Notes: generated by a model not told the origin, from the sequence alone. A stretch of DNA of 64,000 nucleotides from Peptococcaceae bacterium (GCA_018334055.1 JAGXSS010000108.1:834-64833), one strand, 5' to 3'; shown: positions 1 through 8,786, counted from the first letter of the stretch. Numbers and translations: made by a program.

Positions 1-282
1 GATTACGTGACAACACCCTTTCGCCCCAGTGTCAATGTGCTGTTTCAAAGTGCGGAGCCCTTTGCTCCGCACCTACTGGCGGTGGTGCTCACGGGCATGG
101 GCCAAGACGGGGCGGAAGGCGCAAAGATTCTCCACCGTTCTGGGGCACATGTAGTAGCTGAGTCCGAAGAAAGCGCCATCATCTACGGCATGCCGCGCGC
201 CATTGTCGAGGCCAAACTCGCCGACGGAGTGATGAATTTGCGGCAAGTAGGGGAGTTCTTAAAAATCGCCACGATGAAGTAG
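1..282 (+). CDS. cheB: Chemotaxis methylesterase CheB, C-terminal part (5'-truncated by window edge)
   Basis: Frame open from base 1; motifs RPSVNVLF, VLTGMGQDGAEG, ESAIIYGMPRA are typical of the CheB methylesterase C-terminus. Confidence 0.93.
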   Translation, partial: DYVTTPFRPSVNVLFQSAEPFAPHLLAVVLTGMGQDGAEGAKILHRSGAHVVAESEESAIIYGMPRAIVEAKLADGVMNLRQVGEFLKIATMK

Positions 283-293
283 AGGTGTTTAAT

Positions 294-578
294 GTGAAAA
301 TTGATCCGAAGGTAAACATCTACCTGCGCACCGCGGAGAGCCGCCCCCCACTAAAGAAGGGGGCAGCGGTGGTTGCCGCTAACCAGGGCGACTCCATTGC
401 CATTTCCTTGGCGGCCCGCCTACTGCAGGCAGGCCTCGAAATGGTGGAGCCCTTTGCCGCTGACAAAGTGCAGAGCATCAAGAATGACGTACAAAGGGGC
501 GAGTACAGCCCGAGCATGGCGCGCCTAGCTGAGGCGATGGTGCGTGGCGACGGGCGGGAGCCGGGGGGTCAAAAATGA
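294..578 (+). CDS. flgM: Anti-sigma-28 factor FlgM
   Basis: DSIAIS...KVQSIKNDVQRGEYSPS..LAEAM resembles the FlgM C-terminus; precedes flgN-flgK; GTG at 294 chosen from SD GAGGTG at 282-287 (ORF track starts at 285). Confidence 0.85.
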   Translation: MKIDPKVNIYLRTAESRPPLKKGAAVVAANQGDSIAISLAARLLQAGLEMVEPFAADKVQSIKNDVQRGEYSPSMARLAEAMVRGDGREPGGQK

Positions 579-880
579 GAGAGTGGCTTTCATTGCTCTT
601 CACCAATCTTGACTTGCAGCGTCAGGCGATGATTAGGGATGACCTAGAAGCCATTGCGAGGCTGGTTGAAGAACAAAACACCATCCTTAAGACCGTTGAG
701 CATGAGTCGCCATCCGGTGTGCCCCTGACGGGGTCAGAAGATGAAAAGCTCCGGGCCATCATGGACTTAGTAGAGGGAAATCAGTTATTGGCCCAGCAGA
801 GTCTACTTTTTGCGCGGCGGGTCTTGACCGTTTTGGGCGATGCCAAAATTTACGGGCAGTCTCTGGACAGGCGTGCTTAA
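575..880 (+). CDS. flgN: Flagellar export chaperone FlgN-like protein
   Basis: 101-aa helical protein between flgM and flgK with N..LAQQSL and C-terminal LDRRA motif; ATGA overlap with flgM. Confidence 0.7.
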   Translation: MREWLSLLFTNLDLQRQAMIRDDLEAIARLVEEQNTILKTVEHESPSGVPLTGSEDEKLRAIMDLVEGNQLLAQQSLLFARRVLTVLGDAKIYGQSLDRRA

Positions 881-894
881 AGGAGGGGACAATT

Positions 895-2301
895 GTGGCT
901 TCGACTTTCTTTGGGTTTAGCGTGGCGCGGCGAGGCATGAATGCTCATCAAACTGCCTTAAACGTCACCGCGCATAATATTGCCAATGCTTCGACGCCGG
1001 GTTTTTCGCGGCAACAGGCGGTGTTTCAAACGACCACGCCCGCCATGGCGGTGTCCGGTAACCGTCATGACGGCCCCGGACAAATGGGCACCGGAGTAAC
1101 CATCGCCGAGATCAGGCGAGTGCGCGATGGCTTTTTAGACTACCAACTACGGCAGCAGTTGAGCAAGGGTAGCCACTGGCAGGAACGCCATGAGGTGCTG
1201 TCAACTGTAGAAATGATCCTCATGGAGCCGAGCGACACAGGCCTGAGCAGCGTTTTCGAGCGCTTTTGGGGAGCCTGGCAGGAGCTGGCCAAGAACCCCA
1301 CCGCAGGTGCCACCCGCGCCGCGGTAGTCGAGACCGGCACCACCTTGGCGGCCTCACTCAATAACCTTGCCACCCAATCCGAAGTACTGTTGGAAGATTT
1401 AAACGTTAAGACCGGGCTGGCCGTTAACGATATCAACTCTTTGTCTGCCCAAATTGCCACGTTAAACACCCAAATCGTCACAAACCTTGGCGCGGGGCTT
1501 AACCCCAATGATTTAATGGACCGGCGCGATGTCTTGCTGGATGATTTGGCGCGTATAGTGGGGTTTCAGGCCTTGCCCCAACCCACAGGGGCCATCAATG
1601 TCGCCGTCGGCGGGCGTCACTTGGTTCAGGAGGGTCGCGCTATTGCCATACAGGGCGCGATGGTGGGGACATCCCTAGCGCCGGCGTGGCCGGAGGGAGA
1701 AGCGTTATTACTTAACGAGGGCAGTGTGGCAGGCATCCAAGTTGCCCGGCAATGGGTCGAGAACGATTTTTTCGGCAAAATCAATGCTTTGGCGCGAACG
1801 CTACACGACAGTGTTAACAGCGTCCATGTGCTCGGGCAGCACCTCGACCCGAGCAATCCGACTATGGGGGAGAATTTTTTCACCTTACCCCTAACTCCGG
1901 GTCGGGAAGCCCGCTTGATCGGTTTAAACCCCGATATTCGAAATAACCCTAGCCTAATTCGCACCGCTGCCCCTCTGGCCGGCCTAGCCGACGGCAGCAA
2001 TGCGCTAAACATCGCCCGTCTGCGCAATGCCCCCATGCCCGGAGGGACAGCCTCACTAGAGGGTTACTTCGCGGGCATAGTCACTGCTTTAGGGGTCGAG
2101 TCACAGCAGGCGGAGCGCATCAGCCAAAATCAAGAATCGCTGACCAACCAACTCACCAACCGGCGGGAAGAGGCGGCAGGGGTGTCTATTGACGAAGAAC
2201 TGTCCTTCATGGTGCAGTTCCAGCACGGTTACCAAGCCTCGGCCAGGCTTTTATCCACCATGGACGAATTATTACAGACCATCCTCAACCTTGGGAGGTA
2301 A
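895..2301 (+). CDS. flgK: Hook-associated protein 1 FlgK
   Basis: STFFGF...ALNVTAHNIANASTPGFSRQ, GTGV, GVSIDEE...FQHGYQASAR; SD AAGGAGG. Confidence 0.96.
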   Translation: MASTFFGFSVARRGMNAHQTALNVTAHNIANASTPGFSRQQAVFQTTTPAMAVSGNRHDGPGQMGTGVTIAEIRRVRDGFLDYQLRQQLSKGSHWQERHEVLSTVEMILMEPSDTGLSSVFERFWGAWQELAKNPTAGATRAAVVETGTTLAASLNNLATQSEVLLEDLNVKTGLAVNDINSLSAQIATLNTQIVTNLGAGLNPNDLMDRRDVLLDDLARIVGFQALPQPTGAINVAVGGRHLVQEGRAIAIQGAMVGTSLAPAWPEGEALLLNEGSVAGIQVARQWVENDFFGKINALARTLHDSVNSVHVLGQHLDPSNPTMGENFFTLPLTPGREARLIGLNPDIRNNPSLIRTAAPLAGLADGSNALNIARLRNAPMPGGTASLEGYFAGIVTALGVESQQAERISQNQESLTNQLTNRREEAAGVSIDEELSFMVQFQHGYQASARLLSTMDELLQTILNLGR

Positions 2302-2306
2302 AGCAG

Positions 2307-3218
2307 ATGCGAGTTTCTAACACCACCATGCGCAACAATGTCATGCGCAATATCCAGCTCAGTCTGCGCGAAATGAACGAGGCCCAGCGCAAGCTGGCCT
2401 CTGGTCGCTTGGTTAATCAGCCGTCTGACAACCCCATCGTGGCGGCCCGCCTGCTAAACCTAAACGTCGCTTTGACTGAAAGCGCCCAGTTTCAGACCAA
2501 TGTGCGCGATGGCGTAGCCTGGCTCAATATGACCGACACCACCTTGGGAACGGTGGGCGAAGCATTGCATCGCGCTAAGGAGCTGACTTTAGCAGGGGCG
2601 AACAGTACCTTGCCGCCGGATGTGCGGGCCTATAACTCGCGCGAGGTGGACCAGCTCATGCGTCATGTCATCTCCCTCGCCAATGCGTCCTTTGATGGCG
2701 ACCGCACTCTTTTTGGCGGCACGCATCATGGGAGCAGACCGTTTCCCTCTAGCGAGGGTCCCGGTGGCGTGGTCGTGGACGTGCCCACAGCGGGGGCAGG
2801 AGTGGGACGGATCAACTACGAAATACTCCGCGGCAGCGAGCTGCAGGTTAATGTCGAAGGCGACAGCCTTTTCCGTACGGGGGCAGGAAATGTCTTTGGC
2901 GCACTCGAGATGGCGCGTAATGCCCTCGCCGCCACTCCTACCGCCAACATCCAAGACGCCATTGCCGCCTTAGACCAGGCGCTGGGCAATGTGCTCGACG
3001 CCCGCGCTACCGTTGGGGCGAGGCAGAATCGCCTCGCGATGACTGAAATGCGCTACCAGGAGGAGCAGAGCACCTTGACGGAACTCAAGTCCAAGCTTGG
3101 CGATGTGGACATGGCCGAGGCAATTATGAACTTTAACGTGCGCGAGCATGTCTACCAGGCGGCTCTAGGGGCAGCGGCGAGGGTTATGCAGCCAACTTTG
3201 CTTGACTTTCTGAGATAG
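2307..3218 (+). CDS. flgL: Hook-associated protein 3 FlgL
   Basis: MRVSN, ASGRLVNQPSDNP, VGARQNRL, C-terminal PTLLDFLR; follows flgK. Confidence 0.95.
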   Translation: MRVSNTTMRNNVMRNIQLSLREMNEAQRKLASGRLVNQPSDNPIVAARLLNLNVALTESAQFQTNVRDGVAWLNMTDTTLGTVGEALHRAKELTLAGANSTLPPDVRAYNSREVDQLMRHVISLANASFDGDRTLFGGTHHGSRPFPSSEGPGGVVVDVPTAGAGVGRINYEILRGSELQVNVEGDSLFRTGAGNVFGALEMARNALAATPTANIQDAIAALDQALGNVLDARATVGARQNRLAMTEMRYQEEQSTLTELKSKLGDVDMAEAIMNFNVREHVYQAALGAAARVMQPTLLDFLR

Positions 3219-3437
3219 AAGGGGAGGGGTTTTTTGCTTGAAGTAGGCCGTAGATAGTGCGCAGTGGGACGAAGAGGAAGGCCTTTTGCTACAGCAATAT
3301 ATTATGTATCGCTCAAAAACTATTGCCATCCTCTCCTCCCTCTCCGCTTCGCCCTCTACTCCTCGCTTCGGACCATTTCGAGCCCGTCCTCCTTCCTCTT
3401 TTTCCCCTACTTTCTTTCACCGAAAGGAGACTGTCTT

Positions 3438-3866
3438 ATGTTGGTTGCCAGCACTCGCCTTGGGGAACTAAATATTTCGCCCTCCGCGCTTATCGAGTTT
3501 TCGGAGGGTTTTTCTGGTCTGCCCGAGTGGCGGCAGGGCGTTCTCGTACCGGTTGCCGAGCTGCCCTGTTTTTTTTGGCTGCAGTTTGTCCACGACCCTG
3601 CGGCGGCCTTTCTCTTACTGGCCTTAGAGGGGGTTTTGGCGGACTATGACTTTGCCTTAGCCCGTCAAGCTGCCGCGTTTACCCCGCAGTCGAGGGTCTA
3701 TGCCATCATCCGCGTGCCAGCGGGCGACCTAAGCCAGGCCACCGCTAACCTACTCGCACCGGTGGTGATAGATGACCTGCCTGCCCCAATAGGCAGACAG
3801 GTCATCTTGCATGACACTAATTACCCGCTGCGCCACCCGCTTTTTGTGGAGGACGAGCCATGCTAG
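3438..3866 (+). CDS. fliW: Flagellar assembly factor / CsrA antagonist FliW
   Basis: [41 protein letters not shown]; ATG 3438 after SD AAAGGAG (the 200-aa track ORF is over-extended). Confidence 0.93.
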   Translation: MLVASTRLGELNISPSALIEFSEGFSGLPEWRQGVLVPVAELPCFFWLQFVHDPAAAFLLLALEGVLADYDFALARQAAAFTPQSRVYAIIRVPAGDLSQATANLLAPVVIDDLPAPIGRQVILHDTNYPLRHPLFVEDEPC

Positions 3867-4129
3867 TCCTAGCGCGCAAGGTGGGGGAGAGACTCCACAT
3901 CGGGAATGACATCGAAGTGGTAGTGGTCGAAATAAAGGGTGACGTCGTGCGCCTAGGCATCGCTGCCCCGCGGGGGGTAGCGATATTTCGCCATGAAATC
4001 TACGCCGCCATCCAAGGCGAAAACCTCGCGGCCAGTGCTTTGCCCAATGACCTCAATCTCAGCGCCAAACTAAATCTGCAGAAAGGCGCTCCAAACCCTA
4101 AAGTTCAACTGCCCCCGGTCGATAAATAA
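3860..4129 (+). CDS. csrA: Carbon storage regulator CsrA (RNA-binding translational repressor)
   Basis: [36 protein letters not shown], with the C-terminal extension typical of FliW-regulated CsrA. Confidence 0.97.
   Translation: MLVLARKVGERLHIGNDIEVVVVEIKGDVVRLGIAAPRGVAIFRHEIYAAIQGENLAASALPNDLNLSAKLNLQKGAPNPKVQLPPVDK
4099..4125 (+). promoter_or_regulatory. Sigma-D (sigma-28) promoter for flagellin
   Basis: TAAA-N15-GTCGATAA versus consensus TAAA-N15-GCCGATAA; lies in the last codons of csrA, about 70 nt before the hag start. Confidence 0.8.
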
Positions 4130-4156
4130 AGTAGTCTAGCGCGCGATAGACTGCCA

Positions 4157-4187
4157 CGGCAAGGAAGCCGATAAAAATCAAGGAGGA
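4157..4187 (+). promoter_or_regulatory. CsrA-binding sites in the hag leader
   Basis: Hairpin CGGC-AAGGAA-GCCG (4157-4170) shows AGGA in a hexaloop; a second AAGGAGGA overlaps the SD; same layout as the B. subtilis hag leader. Confidence 0.8.
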
Positions 4188-4193
4188 TGAACT

Positions 4194-5420
4194 ATGAGAA
4201 TCAACCACAACATCTCCGCCCTTAACACGCACCGCCAGCTTTCAGTCAACAACGCCGGCACTGCCCGTTCCTTAGAGAAACTTTCCTCGGGCCTGCGCAT
4301 TAACCGTGCCGGTGACGACGCCGCCGGTCTCGCCATCTCCGAAAAAATGCGCGGACAGGTGCGCGGTTTGCACCAAGGCACCCGCAACGCCCAAGATGGT
4401 ATTTCTCTCCTGCAAACGGCCGAGGGCGCGTTAAACGAGACCCATTCCATACTGCAGCGTATGCGCGAGTTAGCCGTGCAATCCGCGAATGACACCAATA
4501 CCACCGAAGACCGCCGCAATATCCAAGACGAAATGAATCAGATGAACCGCGAGATCAACCGCATTTCCAGCACCACCCAGTTTAACACCAAGAATCTCAT
4601 CGATGGGTCCATGGGTGTAGGCGTAAACACAGCAATCGCCAATGTTAATGCTAATGCTTCCTTGGGCACTGGCACAGTAGCGACGACCCTGCTCTCCGGC
4701 TTGACTGACAGGGCCGGTAACAGCCTTGGCATTATAGCAGGTGACACCATAACCGCTACCTGGGTGCGCGCAGGCGTGACCAGTACTGCTTCGCTCACTG
4801 TTGGTGCCGCTTCTGATGCCGCAGCCCTTCTGACTCCCATTACCGGTACTGCTGCCACTTTTTCCGCCGACGGGGTCAACCTCACTTCGTCTGTAGCCGG
4901 ATTTTCCGGCGCGACCCATGGTCTGACCATCAATGTACGCACCGCCGCCGGGGTTGAGCGGGCCTCTGCTACTAACGCGCTGTCTAGCTTTTCTCAGACT
5001 GTCGCTGCCGCTGACCTGCGGGCTGACGGGCAAGCTACCTTCCACATCGGCTCGAACACCGGGCAGAACATGCAGTTGTCTCTAGAGAATATGTCGACAT
5101 CCGCGCTTGGCGTGAGCGACATCCAAGTCATGAACCAAGGTCAGGCGAATGTCGCTATCCGCGTCATCGACGGCGCAATTCAGCGTGTTTCTGCTGAGCG
5201 CAGTTTGATGGGTGCCGTGCAGAATCGCCTTGAACACACTATTAATAACTTAGGCACCTCGGCTGAGAACCTCACCGCCGCCGAGAGCCGCATTCGCGAC
5301 GTAGACATGGCGCAAGAGATGATGGAGTTCACTAAGAACAATATTCTCTCGCAGGCCGCACAGGCTATGTTGGCGCAGGCCAACCAGCAGCCACAGGGCG
5401 TGCTGCAGCTACTCCGTTAA
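4194..5420 (+). CDS. hag: Flagellin
   Basis: MRINHNISALN, LEKLSSGLRINRAGDDAAGLAISEKMRGQ, QNRLEHTINNL, AESRIRDVDMA, C-terminal QGVLQLLR. Confidence 0.99.
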   Translation: MRINHNISALNTHRQLSVNNAGTARSLEKLSSGLRINRAGDDAAGLAISEKMRGQVRGLHQGTRNAQDGISLLQTAEGALNETHSILQRMRELAVQSANDTNTTEDRRNIQDEMNQMNREINRISSTTQFNTKNLIDGSMGVGVNTAIANVNANASLGTGTVATTLLSGLTDRAGNSLGIIAGDTITATWVRAGVTSTASLTVGAASDAAALLTPITGTAATFSADGVNLTSSVAGFSGATHGLTINVRTAAGVERASATNALSSFSQTVAAADLRADGQATFHIGSNTGQNMQLSLENMSTSALGVSDIQVMNQGQANVAIRVIDGAIQRVSAERSLMGAVQNRLEHTINNLGTSAENLTAAESRIRDVDMAQEMMEFTKNNILSQAAQAMLAQANQQPQGVLQLLR

Positions 5421-5461
5421 TTCCACGCGGAGCGTCGCCATCCCACTTCGTAATTACTCTG

Positions 5462-5491
5462 GAGCCCCCAGTTTGGGGGCTCTTTCTTTTT
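5462..5491 (+). terminator. Intrinsic terminator after hag
   Basis: GAGCCCCC-agttt-GGGGGCTC stem followed by TTTCTTTTT. Confidence 0.9.
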
Positions 5492-5498
5492 GCCTCTC

Positions 5499-5525
5499 TA
5501 AAGTATTCGCCACCGCGTCCGATAA
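5499..5525 (+). promoter_or_regulatory. Sigma-D promoter for the fliD-fliS-fliT-flaG operon
   Basis: TAAA-N15-TCCGATAA; shares the flanks CTAAAGT...CGATAA(A)TAAAGT with the hag promoter. Confidence 0.8.
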
Positions 5526-5570
5526 TAAAGTGAAGATGCGCGAGCCTTCTCCAGTGAAAGGAGCTCTCAT

Positions 5571-7481
5571 ATGAACAACATTACGAATTTGCGGCAGACC
5601 ATGCGCATGCCGGGGCTGGCGACTGGGCTTGACACCACCACCATGGTGCGTGACCTGATGCGTGCCGAAAATATGCGCGTGGAACGGCTCGAGCAAGACA
5701 AACAGATAATCGAGTGGCGGCAGGAAAGCTATCGTGCCGTGGTTGGTCGGTTGCAGAGCTTTCGCCGGACTTTCTTCGACCGCGCTAACCCCGAGCATTT
5801 TATGCTCAGCGCCGGTGCTACACGCGTTTTTTCGACCACTTCGAGCAACTCCCTCGCGGTAGATGCCACGGCCAATGCCGAGGCTAGGCCGGGAGTGCAG
5901 GTGGTTAACCGCGTTTTGGCGCTGGCCACAGCGCCAGAGATGTCGGGTGCAAATTTTGTTTCGCGTCCCCTCGAGGCTGTTTTACCTCCAGACGATCCGG
6001 TATTGCTCGCTGGTCGTACTCTCGCGCTCTCGGTAGACGGAGTGCGGCGCGATATTGCCTTTACGCGTAATTATTCGCGGACCACCGAATTGCCGCTTTT
6101 GGTCGCCGACTTAAACGGCTCACTCGCGTCCGCCTTTGGCCCGGGTCGGGTGGTGGCCAGCGAACAAAACGGCACCCTTACTTTTAACATGCAGAATGCC
6201 CTCGGCGCTCTTGTGGCCACAACATCGCACCTGGTGGTGCAGGCGGGAGCGAGCGACGCTGCCCCTCTGCTGGGCTTAGCGGTGGGTCAAACCAATCGCC
6301 TGAGTCTAAATACAACCCTAGCGCAGGTTACTTTAGCCAATGGGCCTAACTTGCCGCCGGAAGGGGCTCGTTTTACCATCAACAATGTGCAGTTTGAGTT
6401 TGACGCTAATGCCACTCTGGCCCAAGTTATGCAAAGTGTCAACCAGAGCAGTGCAGGGGTGACTATGACCTACAACAGCGTGTCTGACAGTTTTACCCTG
6501 CGGGGCAGTCGCCTGGGGGCCGCAGAGCGGGTTACCTTGTCTGAGACTGCGGGCCAATTAATGGCGGGGTTGGGGTTTACCGCCGGCTCGGTGGCCGGAG
6601 GCGATTTAGTGGCCGAAATCAACGGCCTCACGGTGCGGCGGGGGTCCAATAACTTTGTGCTCGACGGAGTAAGCTTTGCTATGCAGGCCACTACTAATGC
6701 CCCTACCACCATAACGGTGCGAGCCAATGCCGACCAGGCGGTGGCCAATGTGGGCGAGTTTGTCACCCAGTACAACGAAGTGCTCGACCTGCTCAACCGC
6801 GAACTACGTGCCGAGCGCCATGCCGAGTATCGCCCGCTTACCCCGTCCCAGCGGCAGGAGATGAGCGAAGAGGATATAAAATTATGGGAAGGCCGCGCCA
6901 AGAGCGGACTCTTAAATAATAACCCCCTTTTGCATAGGTTGGTAGGCGAGATGCGGCGCGCCATGTCTGACCAGGTGGCGGGCGTTAACCTCTCTCTGGC
7001 GGATATCGGCATCGGCACCCGCAGTTTCTTTGAAAACGGGCGCCTGCACTTCGATGAAAATCGGTTTAGAAACGCCCTCGCCACTAATGGCGAACAGGTC
7101 GCACGGCTACTCAGCCAGGCCTCTAGCACTGCCTATACCCCCAGTCTCACGGGTAACGAGCGCCAGCTCAGGCGCAATACCTCGGGCACCATGGCGCGCC
7201 TGGCGGATGTGTTCGAGGACAATATCCGCACCACCCGCGACCAGCACAATCGCAAGGGGTTTTTCCTCGAAAGGGCGGGTATTCCAGGGGACGCTTCGGC
7301 TACGCGCAATGTCTTGGCAGAGCAAATCACCCGCCTTGACTCGCGCATAAACCAGATGCAAGAGGTTTTGACCCGCAAGGAAGACCGCTACTGGCGGCAA
7401 TTCTCGGCTCTGGAAAGGGCTATGAGCACCATGAATTCACAGAGTGCGTGGCTGGCGTCGCAATTCGCCCCACGGCAATAA
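5571..7481 (+). CDS. fliD: Filament cap protein FliD
   Basis: GLATGLDT..MV..LM.AE, YRPLT..QR..MSEEDIKLWE..AKSGLL, RYWRQFSALE.AMS.MNSQSAWL (Bacillota-type FliD). Confidence 0.96.
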   Translation: MNNITNLRQTMRMPGLATGLDTTTMVRDLMRAENMRVERLEQDKQIIEWRQESYRAVVGRLQSFRRTFFDRANPEHFMLSAGATRVFSTTSSNSLAVDATANAEARPGVQVVNRVLALATAPEMSGANFVSRPLEAVLPPDDPVLLAGRTLALSVDGVRRDIAFTRNYSRTTELPLLVADLNGSLASAFGPGRVVASEQNGTLTFNMQNALGALVATTSHLVVQAGASDAAPLLGLAVGQTNRLSLNTTLAQVTLANGPNLPPEGARFTINNVQFEFDANATLAQVMQSVNQSSAGVTMTYNSVSDSFTLRGSRLGAAERVTLSETAGQLMAGLGFTAGSVAGGDLVAEINGLTVRRGSNNFVLDGVSFAMQATTNAPTTITVRANADQAVANVGEFVTQYNEVLDLLNRELRAERHAEYRPLTPSQRQEMSEEDIKLWEGRAKSGLLNNNPLLHRLVGEMRRAMSDQVAGVNLSLADIGIGTRSFFENGRLHFDENRFRNALATNGEQVARLLSQASSTAYTPSLTGNERQLRRNTSGTMARLADVFEDNIRTTRDQHNRKGFFLERAGIPGDASATRNVLAEQITRLDSRINQMQEVLTRKEDRYWRQFSALERAMSTMNSQSAWLASQFAPRQ

Positions 7482-7500
7482 AATGAACGGAGGCAGATAT

Positions 7501-7878
7501 ATGGCCATGCCCAAGCCCTATGTCCAGTATCAACAGCAGAGTGTGCTCACCGCCCCGCCGGGGGAGCTGACCCTCATGCTCTATAACGGCGCACTGCGCT
7601 TCATTAAGCAGGGTATTGCCGCCATGGAACAAGAAGACATCGCCGGCACTAACTCCGCTTTGACCCGCGCGCAGGACATCATCTGCGAGTTGATGACCTC
7701 TTTAGACCTGCAGTACGAGGTGGCGAACAACCTGCTCTCGCTTTATGATTTTGTGTATCGCTCCTTGGTTTTGGCCAACCTCAAGAAAGACGTTGCCGTA
7801 GCGAAGCAGTGCGCTGCGTTAATAACAGAGCTCCGTGATACATGGGTAGAGGCGGTGCGGATGACCCGTGCCCATTAG
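7501..7878 (+). CDS. fliS: Flagellin chaperone FliS
   Basis: YQQQSVLTAPPGELTLMLYNGALRF, AQDII.EL..SLD, LLSLYDF, ELRDTW; ATG 7501 after SD GGAGG. Confidence 0.96.
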   Translation: MAMPKPYVQYQQQSVLTAPPGELTLMLYNGALRFIKQGIAAMEQEDIAGTNSALTRAQDIICELMTSLDLQYEVANNLLSLYDFVYRSLVLANLKKDVAVAKQCAALITELRDTWVEAVRMTRAH

Positions 7879-8323
7879 AACGGTTGCGTCTGGCTTTGTA
7901 GAAATGCTGCAAATGGTAGAAGATGAGAAGGCGCAGGCTAAGGAATTTTTACGTCTCACCAAGGCCATGGTCGAGTTCCTAGCAACTGAAGAGTTCGAGC
8001 AAGTCGAAAGCCTGCTCGAGGAGCGGGCGGCGCACATGAAACGCTCGGACGAGCTAAAGTCCGAGGTGGATCTATTGTACATTTCGCTGCGCAGTTCCCT
8101 GTCGGACCAAGGTCGAGCCGCTTTCGGGGCTGGTAAAGAAGAAGTCGCTGGCATTTGGCGCGAAGCGCGCGACAGGGACCGTCTCTTGGCCGAGGCCATG
8201 CACAATTTGCTCGTCGACCTTAGGCAAAAAATTGATGACGTTCATCGCAGCAAGCAGGGCCACAAGGCCTATGCAACGGCAGAAAAAAAGGTAGCTCCTG
8301 CGGGCGTAGACAAAGTAAATTGA
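7868..8323 (+). CDS. FliT/FlgN-like helical flagellar chaperone (start uncertain: GTG 7868 or a later ATG)
   Basis: Coiled-coil protein after fliS with LLEER and C-terminal KAY...VDK, typical of FliT/FlgN-type chaperones; called mainly on position. Confidence 0.6.
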   Translation: MPIRTVASGFVEMLQMVEDEKAQAKEFLRLTKAMVEFLATEEFEQVESLLEERAAHMKRSDELKSEVDLLYISLRSSLSDQGRAAFGAGKEEVAGIWREARDRDRLLAEAMHNLLVDLRQKIDDVHRSKQGHKAYATAEKKVAPAGVDKVN

Positions 8324-8329
8324 GAGGGA

Positions 8330-8710
8330 GTGAGATTTGTGAAGGTACAGGGGACTGAGCCGGTGGTCATGGCCAAGGTCATCGACCAAACCGCTCAACA
8401 AGTGGTCAAAGACACCAAGCGCACAGCTATCGACCTTAACACCCGCGGACGGCAGGGAGAACACCCAAGTCGCGAGGGTGCAGGAGCGGCAGATGTCGGG
8501 GATGAAGTGTTTGAGCGGGTCAACACCGCCATGCAAGCGCTTTCTACCCGTTTGAAGTTCGAAAAGCATGAAAGCTCTGGTCATTTCATGGTGCGAGTTA
8601 TCAATGAGGAGACGAGTGAGGTCATTAGGGAAATCCCCCCGGAGCGCATGCTCGACATGTTGGTGCATTTGCGGCGTATGGTGGGGATCCTAGTTGACGA
8701 AAGAGCGTAG
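8330..8710 (+). CDS. flaG: Flagellar protein FlaG
   Basis: TRLKFEKHE...VRVINEETSEVIREIPPE.MLD...GILVDERA is the FlaG signature. Confidence 0.95.
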   Translation: MRFVKVQGTEPVVMAKVIDQTAQQVVKDTKRTAIDLNTRGRQGEHPSREGAGAADVGDEVFERVNTAMQALSTRLKFEKHESSGHFMVRVINEETSEVIREIPPERMLDMLVHLRRMVGILVDERA

Positions 8711-8727
8711 TCGAAAAGTCTAACTTA

Positions 8728-8755
8728 CCCGCATTTTTATGCGGGATTTGTTTTT
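8728..8755 (+). terminator. Intrinsic terminator after flaG
   Basis: CCCGCAT-tttt-ATGCGGG followed by ATTTGTTTTT. Confidence 0.7.
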
Positions 8756-8757
8756 AG

Positions 8758-8786
8758 GCAGGAATACCTCCATAGGTGTCGAACTT
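8758..8786 (+). promoter_or_regulatory. Putative sigma-H-like promoter of the flgB operon
   Basis: GCAGGAATA...GTCGAACTT; AGGA-N17-GAAC versus B. subtilis sigma-H consensus AGGA-N17-GAAT. Confidence 0.45.

Noticed and set aside
3285-3312. dif-like core ATATATTATGTA in the flgL-fliW gap
   Set aside because: Matches only the centre and part of the XerD arm of the B. subtilis dif site; the XerC arm and outer XerD bases do not match, and gene orientation does not switch here
3257-3649. Alternative + strand ORFs (130 aa, 61 aa) and the 58-codon N-terminal extension of FliW
   Set aside because: Low-complexity translations of the pyrimidine tract with no SD; the FliW homology and SD begin at 3438
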